64,000 bases of DNA from Rebecca billardiae RCC1528 (taxonomy: Eukaryota; Protista; Haptophyta). Location of the stretch: assembly GCA_965240325.2 (NCBI GenBank), contig OZ251246.1:372001-436000 (forward strand), given 5' to 3'. Position numbers and translations under genes: made by a program. Under the pieces are notes generated by a model that saw only the letters and a list, made by a program, of their open reading frames with translations, did no database searches and had not been told where the DNA came from. This document shows, piece after piece, positions 41,660 to 51,600 of this stretch. Every line of letters begins with the position of its first letter. Positions within the stretch are counted from its first letter, which is position 1.

Positions 41660-43198
41660 GACGCCGAGATGGTCTCGGGTGCGCGCGCGCGTGACGCTGG
41701 TGGGCGCTACTGACCCGTGCCTTTGCGCCACCAGCGGCTCACCACCCGCTTCTTGGCCACCTCGCGCCGTGCGCGGCGCGCGTCGGCCGGCTTGAATTGG
41801 TGCGCTGCGTACGCCCGCTACGCTACCGCACGGTGTGGCGCATGATCAACTCGGACCAATGAGATCGATGCTCGGACCAATCGTCCATGTATGTCTGTGA
41901 ATGCCCAGCTCGCCTAACCTGCCCTACTGCGCCGGAATCGCCGTCAGCAGACCGGCGCGAGCTCGCGCACAGCACCTCCGCGGAGCTCGCAACTGTCATG
42001 TTCCGCTTGTAGGGCCCGTGTTTGCACCTGCCGTGGCACTTGCGATGGTCAGTACGTTGGGTATGGGTCACGTGTGCCCTCTGATGGCGTCTGGGCGCCT
42101 CCCATTCGCCTCTCAGGACGTCGCGGACGTGCTCGCAGGCAGCGGTTGGCTCATTCGACAGGTCCGACGTGCACTCGACCGTGCCTGCAAGCGCGCCCCT
42201 GTGACGCTCATGCCTGCAGAAGCAGATGCAGATGGGCCCTCATGCACCCTGGTGCGCCCAAGACCGGCGGGAGCGTCAGAGACCGTCTCAATCTTGACAC
42301 CTTGCACACGCCGGCGCTTGCCGTTGGGCTCCGCGCAGCCGGCCAGGAGCGCCGAACAACGCCGGATCAGCCTCTGTAGGCCGAATATCCGCCCCTAAGC
42401 CCAGAAATAGCGCGGAACAGGGTAGTGCGTACCTATGTGGACCAATCCCATCCAGCCTGGTTTGGTGCAGACACGCCAGCCACCGCCTGGAGCAGACGTT
42501 TGCTGCCGAATCGCATGCTCGGCACTGTGCCGCACTGCGACGACGACAGATTTGACCTGCCTCGTAGGTCTCGGCCAGGGAGCGGTGACGGTTGGCTCGA
42601 GTGACTTTAAACCGTGACTATGACCGAGAGCACTCCCGGGCTGAGGACGTGGGGCCGGTGCTTTGGGTCTAATATGTCTGCAATACGCCGTACGCGTGGC
42701 CGTATACACAGTCTGAAAACGTATCTCGCAGCTCGAGATCAGATGAGGCTGTATTCATCAGCATGGCGCCTATATACACAGTGGGTATGTAACGATCGGT
42801 GGCTTCTAGGAAACTACATATTTGACAGCCTGCCAGTACACAGCCTATATCGCATGTTGGGACCTGCTGCTGCTGGGGACTCAGAACGATCTCGCTGAGA
42901 TGCTCTAACAAAGTGAGGTCGACATGGTCTATATGTCACATATAGGACGACCGTTACATGTCGTTTCCAATAAGTTCAGGCTCATTCTAATAAGTAAATA
43001 TGCTAGCCGTTACGCCCTATATTCAGGGTATGTGCACCTGATTTTTTTACATGGCCGGCCCAGACCCCTCCAGAGGGCAAATGATCCAGCCCGAAATCAG
43101 CTCTAAACACTCGCTAGGACCCGCGCTCGTGGCCGTCAGTAACGCTACAGTGCCACTTTGGCCCCCCTATGACCGCTGCCACGATTGCCCAACGAAGC

Positions 43199-43834
43199 TC
43201 ACGCGGGCTGCTGCGGGTGCTCGCTGACGGGTTGCGGCGCTCCGTACAGGGTGGCGCACCGTGACTTGAACGCGCCAACCTGCTGCGCCGTCACCTCGGG
43301 CAGAACGTGCTCGATAATTGGTTGGTAGAGCGGCGACGAAACCGCAAAGTCGATGGAGAAGTCGAGAACGCACGTGCCCGGAGCGGGCCCCGGCTTGAAC
43401 TTCCAGTCCGACGCGAGATGCGTGAACAGATCCGACTCGATCGCAGCCGCATGGATATGGAACGGGCGCGAGACCGTGACGCGCGACGTGTATCTCTCGA
43501 CAACTTTGAAGAACTGGATGGCGAGCTCCGCCTCGAAGTCCTCGCCGTCGAGGCGACGGATGACGCGCGAGTCGGAGCAAAATGGCACGAACTGCGAGTA
43601 CTTCGCCACGTCTGCGACCACGTCGAACATCTGCTCGGGGCTGAAGCCGAGCACCTGCGTATCGGCGAAGCTGCTCCTCGTCGAGCTCGCGCTGTCCCAG
43701 CCGCGGCGACGCCCCCCGCCAAAGATGTGTCGCCTGTGCTCGCAAGCCAAGGTGGCGGCGCCAGCCCGCAGCCCGCTGCCGTGCGCGTGGAGCGCCGTCG
43801 CGCATCTGGCTAATTGGGCGCGCTGCAGCAGCAT
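43199..43834 (-). CDS. COQ10: Coenzyme Q-binding protein COQ10 (START/polyketide-cyclase fold), mitochondrial
   Basis: FSPEQMFDVVADVAKYSQFVPFCSDS, ERYTSRV, LFTHLASDWKF; Arg-rich, acid-poor presequence. Confidence 0.85.
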   Translation of the reverse strand: MLLQRAQLARCATALHAHGSGLRAGAATLACEHRRHIFGGGRRRGWDSASSTRSSFADTQVLGFSPEQMFDVVADVAKYSQFVPFCSDSRVIRRLDGEDFEAELAIQFFKVVERYTSRVTVSRPFHIHAAAIESDLFTHLASDWKFKPGPAPGTCVLDFSIDFAVSSPLYQPIIEHVLPEVTAQQVGAFKSRCATLYGAPQPVSEHPQQPA

Positions 43835-44125
43835 GGTGGCTGGCGTCGATCCGATCCGAAGAATCGTGTGGCAGGTGCGCGCGCTCGCAAGGAGCTCGTC
43901 CGGTGAACCAAGCGCGTGCGTCCTGCTCACGAACGAAACCGGACTTCGGTTCACGCCTTTTACATTTTGGGTCCTGGAACCGGCTGGAAGAGCTGGCCAG
44001 GGCCCAGCGGCAGGGCGGGCGGGCGGGCGGGGTGTTCCGTTTCACGACCCAAATGAAACGAACATTTTGTTGGTTGTGATGTTCCGGTTCGATCACGAGT
44101 CACGACCTCCAGTTACCAGCCCGGC

Positions 44126-44605
44126 ATGGAGCTCGACCCGCCGCTCGCGCCGCCGCAGTGGCAGACAAGCTCAGAGGCGTACTATGGCCGACGCGCGCCA
44201 CCGCACACATACCCACGCCGAGGCCTCGCAGGCCTGGCCTTTGAGTCGCATGTTGGTGGATACGGCTCGCCGCCCAAGTCGATGCAGCTCGGCGCAGCAT
44301 ACAACCCCTGGGCGCGCTCGTCTGATGTGATTGGAGCACACACTCGGGGCGCGTCTCCGCCGCGAGCAAGGGCACACCGTACAGCGACCGAATCGCCAGC
44401 AAACACGCCAAGCTCGGCCGTCGATGCGCTCGGCGCAGTCGATCTCGATGCCGAGCGGGCGCGCGCCGCGCAGCGCGTGACCCCCGCTCTGACGAGCGCG
44501 TCAGATGATTTTGATCCGTCGGTGCTGCGGCCGGACACAGCTGTCAGGGAGCACATTCAGAACCCGCACGTGCTCATCACGCGCTCCATCTACAACCCCA
44601 TGTGA
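44126..44605 (+). CDS. Hypothetical protein (159 aa)
   Basis: ATG-initiated ORF divergent from COQ10 with host-like codon usage; no recognised domain. Confidence 0.5.
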   Translation: MELDPPLAPPQWQTSSEAYYGRRAPPHTYPRRGLAGLAFESHVGGYGSPPKSMQLGAAYNPWARSSDVIGAHTRGASPPRARAHRTATESPANTPSSAVDALGAVDLDAERARAAQRVTPALTSASDDFDPSVLRPDTAVREHIQNPHVLITRSIYNPM

Positions 44606-44986
44606 CGCCGCGTGCGTCGTCTGATGAGCACCCTCGCCCTTGCGGCTTTTCGAGGCTGGCGAGCACCCGCCGCAGGCAAGGCACGCAGAGGACGGGCAAG
44701 TGGCGCCATCACGTGCCCTGCCGGCCGCGCAGCATGTGCCTTGCCGTCCTCCACACGGCCCGTCTGGTCAGCACCGCTATCGATTGCGTGGTGTCGGTCG
44801 GTGATCTCCCATCCACGCGCTTGCCGCGAGCAGCGCACTTCTGGCGGCACGGGTGCATCAGGCCCACGACCGTGCACGGCCACGGCGTGCCGATCCTAAG
44901 GCTGCTGCATCACGTCAGCGCCATCATGCTCATCACCCGCGGCCGAACCAGCCGCGGGCTGTGGCACTGTTTGCCGGCAGCAGCAT

Positions 44987-45086
<100 letters not shown>

Positions 45087-45242
45087 CTTAAGATACTGCT
45101 ACTATATGCGATTGCGAGTTGCGACGTAGCTTAGTGACAATAAATTATATTTAATATTTAATCTGAGTCCAGTCGATTCCGCGCGTCCCGGTGGGCGTAA
45201 CCGTGCGACTGCTCACTGTCGTCGGCCGTCATGCCGACTCAC

Positions 45243-46621
45243 TAGCGTCTTAACCCCTATTGTGGAACGGACCCCTATTGTGGAACGGCGCCAGTTTTTC
45301 TTATGTAGAGCTCGGATGTCGCGGAGGCGATGAGATCGGCGGCTACCGCCGTGTGCGCCTGGCCAAGGCGCGTCCAACGAGCCCAAGAACGTCGCCATAG
45401 CCCCGCCCCAGCGCCGTCCGCAGCCGATCGTTTGCTGGAGTCAGAGCTGAGAATCTGGTGTGAAAAAATGGTTTTCGGCTTCTGTAGGCCGAAGCTTCGG
45501 CCGGGAGGGCGCGCACGGTACTTTTGGGAGCTCCCCGAAAGCAGCCCGGGCAGGGAATCAAGCCGGCTTGCCGCTGCCGCACTCGTGGTGGAGCGCGAGT
45601 GACACGAATTGGGTCAGGTCAGCATGGCTGATTCCTGGTTTGGAGGGTCGAGGACGCCCCGCCGCGGCGGGGGGCGGTGCGGCGGCGCGAGCTGACTGGT
45701 GGCGATGACGAACGCGTAGCCGAAGGTACCGGACCGTCAGGCGACGCCCAACCCCGCAAAGCAGCTTCATCGCCTGCCGACCGCGCGAGAGCCGCGCCGC
45801 ACGAAGCGGCTGGGCGCGAGTGGACTACGACCCGCCGGATGCAGCCATCAGGGACTGTGTGTAGAGTGGGGAGCTGCGTGAGGGCACAGCTGTCGCCGAC
45901 TTCGGCTCATACGCCGTGACAACGGGCCACGCTCTGTCGGATGGTGAAGGACCCGACCAGCCCGTCGAGGCCGCTGGGGCTGAAGCCGCGGCTGAGCGGC
46001 TGTGAGTGTGACGGTCGAGCAGATGCACACCAACTGGGTCGCGGAGATAGCGCTACTCGGCTTCGCGCCGACCACGCGGCAGGTCTGCATCGATGCGGCG
46101 CTTCTCTTCCTGCGTAGCGGCGCGCCCTTCTCGACGCTCTCCAGCATGCCCTGGAAGCGGTGGTGTCGGCGGCGGCTCAGGCGCCACGCGAAGGCGAGCG
46201 AGCGTCGATGACGGACACGCTCGTCGACCGCATCACTCATTGTGGAGAGGGTTCGCGCGGGCAAGACGTGCCCCCCGGCGGCTGCGGGGTCGAGGGCGGG
46301 TGCCCACACCACCAGCACGCCGGCGAGCGCCAGTGTGCCGACTGCGAACGCTCAGGAGCCAGCAGTGGCACCGTCCTGAGCGAGGAACCAAAATCGTTCC
46401 ACAATAGGGGTCAGTTGACCCGTCGACGCACCCCGCGGGCGCGCGCGCGCGCGCGCGCGCGCGCGGGCGAGTTCCGAGCTCCGCACCCTCAGAGGTGTAT
46501 GGTCCCTTCGGTAGGACCCATGGCCAGTACCTGACACCTTAAGATCGCTCGCCGAGCCGCACTACCTCGCCCTAGGGGCGGAAAACCCGAAAATCGTTCC
46601 ACAATAGGGGTTAAGACGTTA
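45243..46621. mobile_element. Non-autonomous TIR DNA element (1.38 kb)
   Basis: TIR TA(G/A)CGTCTTAACCCCTATTGTGGAACG. The 17-bp core ACCCCTATTGTGGAACG occurs twice at each end (45253, 45271; inverted ~46395, ~46595). Confidence 0.8.
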
Positions 46622-46854
46622 CTCAGTGCACTGCTGCGCTGACGCCTGTCCGTGGTCCGTGACTCAGTCTCCGTGACATAGACGAGTCAGACCGTGCCCG
46701 TGCCCGTGGGGCCGTGCGGCAGTGCGGCACCGGGGCCACGGCCCGCCACGGGCTCGGTCCGGGCGCGGAACTAACTATAAAGCGGTGGATGCGCGGGGCC
46801 CCGGGCCGGGATCTGATACGACGTCCGGACGCCGTTGTTCGACGCGGCCTACGC

Positions 46855-47508
46855 TTAGGCGCCTGTGGCCTCGGAGAGAACATCGCCTGGCATCGTGTCC
46901 AAGAAACCCTGGACTGCCGCTGATGCGCTGGCCAGTGAGCGCCGCAGGTCAGCGTTGGCCTCGGCATCATCGGCGCCGCGATCGGGCTGGCCAACGAGGT
47001 AGTCGAGCGTGGCACGCGCATCATCGGCAGCCGACCACGCCTCGTTCCGCCGGCCAAGCTGTTCCGATTGCCGCTCGAGCTGTGGGTCCACGTCCTCCCG
47101 TGTGCCCAGGCGCGCGCGTCCTGGGCCGTCGAAGCCCTGGGTGTAATACACGAGAAAGGCATTCTGATCTTTGAACTTGGTCTTGTAGCTCGTCTTCTCA
47201 GCGGAGGCGTCGAAGACGGCCTTGAAGGCCTGCTCGCTCGCGGGCAAGCTCGCCAGCGCGCGCCGGCACGCGACGAGATCGCCCGCGTTCGCCGCCGTGC
47301 TGGCCGCCTTCAGGGCACGCTGCACCTCGAGCACGGCTGCCAACAACGGAGCGTCCCCAGCTGCGTGTGCGAGTGGTGGCCGACTTGGGCCAAGTGCCAC
47401 TGCCGCACCTGCAAGGCCTGTGCGAGCAACAGCCATTCGGCGCGGAATCGGCGCCGCCGTGCGGACCCGAGTCGGCGTAACTATGAGCAGCAGTAGTGTG
47501 CTCAGCAT
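46855..47508 (-). CDS. Predicted plastid thylakoid-lumen protein of unknown function
   Basis: Signal peptide MLSTLLLLIVTP, twin-Arg RRMAVA plus hydrophobic stretch and AHA cleavage site; mature region contains KFKDQNAFLVYYTQGFDGPGR. Alternative start at 47532. Confidence 0.6.
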   Translation of the reverse strand: MLSTLLLLIVTPTRVRTAAPIPRRMAVARTGLAGAAVALGPSRPPLAHAAGDAPLLAAVLEVQRALKAASTAANAGDLVACRRALASLPASEQAFKAVFDASAEKTSYKTKFKDQNAFLVYYTQGFDGPGRARLGTREDVDPQLERQSEQLGRRNEAWSAADDARATLDYLVGQPDRGADDAEANADLRRSLASASAAVQGFLDTMPGDVLSEATGA

Positions 47509-47631
47509 GGCCCGTGCTCCGCCAGCCGCCATCGTGTTCGGCTTGGAGTGGTGCGGCCGCCTGTGCGCGCTGCGGTCGGCCTGCTGGTCGCGTACTCGCG
47601 TCCGTCACGAAAGCGCTTGGTCGACGCGCAC

Positions 47632-48858
47632 ATGGCGCCCACCGGCACGGCGGCCGCCTCGCTTGCCCTGCTGTTTTGTGCAGCGGGGGCGTCGCCCGCT
47701 CTCAGCGCCACTGCCGGCGAGCCCGCGCCGGCCCTCGTCGGGCTCGTCACAGGGGCAAGTTCCGGCATCGGGTTCGAGACCGCCGCACAGCTCGCGGCGT
47801 CAGGCAGATACGAACGCGTGATCCTCGCGTGCCGCACCGTCGCCAAGGCCGCCTCCGCGCGCACCAAGCTCGTCGAGCGCGCGGCTCGGCTCTCTGGCCG
47901 GGGCGTCAACGCGAGCGTGTTCGAGCTGCTCGAGGTCGACCTCTCGAGCATCGAGTCTTCGAGGCGTGCTGGCGCGCAGCTCGCGGCGCGCTCAATCGGT
48001 GGTGCTGGCCGCCACGATCGTATCCATGGCCGTCGCCGCATTGACACCTTGATTCTGAACGCGGGCGTGGCGACGGCCTCGCTCGAGCGCTCGGTAGACG
48101 GACTTGAGCTCGACCTCGCCGTGAGCGTCGTGGGCCACCACGTCCTCACGACAGAGCTCCTGGGTGCCGGCGCGCTCTCGCCTCGGGCGCGCATTGTGAT
48201 CGCCGCCAGCGACGTGGCTCGAGACGTGTTCGTGCCAAGCGCGCCGAGCGCCGAGCGCGAGGGCTCGGCGCGTGCGCGTGCGCGTGCGCGGTCGGGCCGG
48301 CACGACATGGACAGCTTCTACCGCGGCGCCACGGCCGCCGCGGCCGGCAGCCTCGCCAAGGCGCTGGAGCTCATTGCGCGCGGCGAGTACCCACGTGAGT
48401 ACGATGCCTATTCGGCGTATGCGAACGCCAAGGCTTGGGCGGTGTGGTGGGCGCAAGCGCTCGCGCGGCGCGTCCCGCCCGACACGGCGGTTTTGGCTGT
48501 CTCGCCCGGCGCGGTCGGCGGGACGGACATCGGCCGCGCCGTGATGCCCAAGAGCGTGCGCAAGGGCCTCATGTCGCTGGCGCGCTTCGGGCCGATGATC
48601 GGCCTGGGAACGGTCGAGCAAGCAGCGCGCCGATACCTTGACGCCGTGCGCTTTGCCGACGCCAGCCGGCACGTGTCCGGCACCTTCTGGGCGAGCCCGG
48701 CAGGCCGATACTCGGGCAAGCTCACGGAAGTGACGGAGGCGCGCGCGAGCCCGCGCTACTCTGAGTCTGTCTGGCAAGTGCTCACGACGAGACTGACAGA
48801 GCCGGTGCTGCTTGCAACGAGCACGACTCAGCAGTCAGCTGGTTCGGCGGGGGCCTGA
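47632..48858 (+). CDS. Short-chain dehydrogenase/reductase (RDH/WWOX/POR-like) with N-terminal signal or anchor
   Basis: LVTGASSGIG, ILACR, VDLSS, LILNAGV, GHHVLT, catalytic YANAK, AVSPG. Confidence 0.85.
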   Translation: MAPTGTAAASLALLFCAAGASPALSATAGEPAPALVGLVTGASSGIGFETAAQLAASGRYERVILACRTVAKAASARTKLVERAARLSGRGVNASVFELLEVDLSSIESSRRAGAQLAARSIGGAGRHDRIHGRRRIDTLILNAGVATASLERSVDGLELDLAVSVVGHHVLTTELLGAGALSPRARIVIAASDVARDVFVPSAPSAEREGSARARARARSGRHDMDSFYRGATAAAAGSLAKALELIARGEYPREYDAYSAYANAKAWAVWWAQALARRVPPDTAVLAVSPGAVGGTDIGRAVMPKSVRKGLMSLARFGPMIGLGTVEQAARRYLDAVRFADASRHVSGTFWASPAGRYSGKLTEVTEARASPRYSESVWQVLTTRLTEPVLLATSTTQQSAGSAGA

Positions 48859-49468
48859 AAGTGGCGGCTGGCGCGCGTATGTGACACTGCGCGCGACGCT
48901 GGCAGCGACGACGAGTGACGGCGTCAGACTACTTATATATACCGCAATATAATGCCATAGTCATACGCCGCCGTCAGTACTCGCCTACTCGGCGACTGTA
49001 GTACGACGTACTCGGTCACTACTCGGTTCTCATGCAAGGTTGGCCACGAAGTCTGTTACGCCTTACGGAGTGAGTGAGTTACGGGCCGCCGTGATGCAGC
49101 CACCGTGACGCGTGCTCCTGTTGACAATGAGACCGACCATCAACTATCAAGTACCAACCGTCGTCGTGATCCCTACAGAGCCGAGGCGCGAGCGATGCCA
49201 AGTCGCAGCGGGGTGCCGCACGCGTCACGTGACGTGACACGTACGTGACACGTCGCGTGTGCGGGTGGAGTCCTCACTTATTCCTCAATAAATCCTCTAA
49301 TCCTCAGCTCAAGAACTGGGTCCGGAGGAGCCTTGATCCGGAACCGCTTCAATCTCCACTGACGACCGCTCGCCGAGCGCCTCGCCCGGGTGCGGAGCCG
49401 GTGAGCAGCGTGTGCGCCGTGTCGCCGTCCCTCATCCGCTGGCACAGCCGCACGGTCGTCTCAGCTCG

Positions 49469-51331
49469 ATGCATCCGAGCGCCGCGGAGGCGCTGCTCAC
49501 CGAGGCAGACGCTCGGGCGTCGAAGCTCCGTCACACGCGGCTCGACCCCAAGGCGGTGGAGACGCTCCTCGCCGCGCTGCGCGCCCGGCGTCCGGACACG
49601 GAGGCGAGGATCGCGGCGCTCGTCCCGTTCTGCGTCGAAGGGGGCGGCGGCAAAGTAGACGTGGCCACGGAGGCGATCATCCGATCGCAGGCTCTGCCGA
49701 AGCTGGTGCAGCTCCTCGCGCCTGCGCGCACCGCTGAGGTTCAGCTGGCTGCGATGACAGCCATCTTTGCTCTGGAGGATGCCGACGATGGTACTGTGAT
49801 GGATGCACTGATCGAGTGCGGCGTCGTCCGGCCGCTGCAATCGCTGCTGGGCTCGGCCGAGGAGTGCGTGCAAGCCCGGGCAGCAAATCTGCTCGGCTTG
49901 ATTTCCGTCTACTATGAAGAAGCTGACGTCGCAGAGGCGCGCGCCAGCATGCCGCAGATCATCCCGCTGCTGCGCTCTGCAAGCGAGATGGTGCAAGGTG
50001 ATGCAGCACATGCCATGGGCTACTTCGCTATGACGCCCAGGCTGCTGCGCGAGAGCACTCTGGACGATGCCATCCCGCCGCTCGTGTCGGTGCTGGGGGC
50101 TGACGACGCGCGCGCGCAGCTTGGGGCAGCCGGTGCCATAAGCTCACTCGCTTGCATCTCGCGGCGCCACACGGCATTGATGGACGAGGGCCTCTGCGAG
50201 CGCATGGTGCAGCTGCTGCTGGCCACGTGGGAGGGCTCTGGCCATACCCGTCTGCGGTCCGAAGCAGCGGGCCATGCTGCTGTAGCGCTGCGACGCATCT
50301 TCGAGAATAGCGCCAAGCATCGCGCATCCATTGCGCGCACGCCTGGCCTTGTCGGCGCGCTGATGCGCATTCGGCACAGCTCTAAGGAGAAGGTGGGGCG
50401 CGATGCTGTATCGAAGGTGGAGAAATTGCTCGACGTCCTGCTGCGCTGCGACCACAAGGACGTGCCCCGCCTTCTGCTCGCCTCAGCAGGCGAGTCACTC
50501 GCACAGCTCGCTCACAGCGAGGCCGAGCTGCGCGGTGCGCATGCGCGGCTGCATGCCAAGCTGAGCGCTCTGGCCGATGCGGTGGGCGAGCCCACGCGGC
50601 AGCACGACGTGGTGCTGCGGTGCGCGGACGGCACCGAGCTTGGCGCGAGCCGGCTGCTGCTCGCGCGGCACTCCGAGTACTACGAGGCGCAGCTGGGCGG
50701 CGGGCTGGCGGAGGGCAGCCAGCGCGAGGTCCGGGCCGACCCGGACTTCTCCGGCACGGTGCACGAGGCGCTGCTGCGCCAGCTGCACTCGGCGGGGGAG
50801 GTGCCGCTGCCGGCCGAGCCGTCGGTGCTGCTCGAGCTGCTGCGGCTGGCGAGGAAGCTGCAGCCGCCAACGCCGCCAGCAGCTGCGGGCTCGGAGAATG
50901 CGCCTGCCGCGCAAGCTGAGGGCAATGTGCTGGCGGGCGTGGCGCGTCGGTGCGAGGACGCGCTGCTGGCTGCTCTGGACGTGGACAACTGCCTCGACCT
51001 GCTGCGGCACGCCAAGGCGGCGGGCGGGTGCGCTCGGCTGGTAGAGGGCGTGCGCGCGCTGGCGAAGCAGCAGATCAAGGTGATCGTGAAGCAGGAGCGC
51101 TGGGCAGCGTACGTCCGCGACGACCCGGTCGAGGCGTGTGCGCTGATGCAGGCGCTTGCCGTCGATTTGGCCGACGACTACGAGCGCGCGTCCAAGCGAC
51201 AGCGCGTGCAGGATCAGGACGATGACGAGGACGACGACGACGGCGACTCCTCAGTCGGCTCAGACTCAAAGTCTGAGGCAGACGACTCCTCGGTGGCGGA
51301 CGATTCTGAGTTAGCAGACAATGCTGAGTGA
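49469..51331 (+). CDS. Armadillo-repeat + BTB/POZ-domain protein (ARIA/ABAP1-like architecture)
   Basis: ARM repeats (ALPKLVQLL, GVVRPLQSLL, AIPPLVSVL); BTB HDVVLRCADGTELGASRLLLARHSEYYEAQLGGGLAEG; LDVDNC; acidic tail with KRQR. Confidence 0.8.
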   Translation: MHPSAAEALLTEADARASKLRHTRLDPKAVETLLAALRARRPDTEARIAALVPFCVEGGGGKVDVATEAIIRSQALPKLVQLLAPARTAEVQLAAMTAIFALEDADDGTVMDALIECGVVRPLQSLLGSAEECVQARAANLLGLISVYYEEADVAEARASMPQIIPLLRSASEMVQGDAAHAMGYFAMTPRLLRESTLDDAIPPLVSVLGADDARAQLGAAGAISSLACISRRHTALMDEGLCERMVQLLLATWEGSGHTRLRSEAAGHAAVALRRIFENSAKHRASIARTPGLVGALMRIRHSSKEKVGRDAVSKVEKLLDVLLRCDHKDVPRLLLASAGESLAQLAHSEAELRGAHARLHAKLSALADAVGEPTRQHDVVLRCADGTELGASRLLLARHSEYYEAQLGGGLAEGSQREVRADPDFSGTVHEALLRQLHSAGEVPLPAEPSVLLELLRLARKLQPPTPPAAAGSENAPAAQAEGNVLAGVARRCEDALLAALDVDNCLDLLRHAKAAGGCARLVEGVRALAKQQIKVIVKQERWAAYVRDDPVEACALMQALAVDLADDYERASKRQRVQDQDDDEDDDDGDSSVGSDSKSEADDSSVADDSELADNAE

Positions 51332-51600
51332 CAGCTGACGTCTGGAGTGACTGACGATGCCACTCGGATGTCGTCCGGATGACGTGATGAGCACTGTACG
51401 TCGGAGCTTGTACGGGCAGTAGCAGTCGATCTTATAATATTATTATGATGGCTGTACCGTCTCAGACACGGAAGATCCGGAATAATTATTAATACACATA
51501 TATATATATAAATGGTCATATCGATCTATCTGATCATTCGTCGTCGTGTGAATAATAATAAAGATATATATCGACGAGTGACGACACTTGATCAATAAAC

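Larger units (their letters stand above)
35090..43171. mobile_element. TIR transposon family A, copy 2, split in its left TIR by the Copia insertion
   Basis: TAGGGGGGC at 35092-35100 plus GGGGCCAAACCGC at 41457 reconstitute the TIR. 41457-43171 matches copy 1 minus ~1.2 kb of interior; right TIR TTTGGCCCCCCTATG. Confidence 0.8.
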
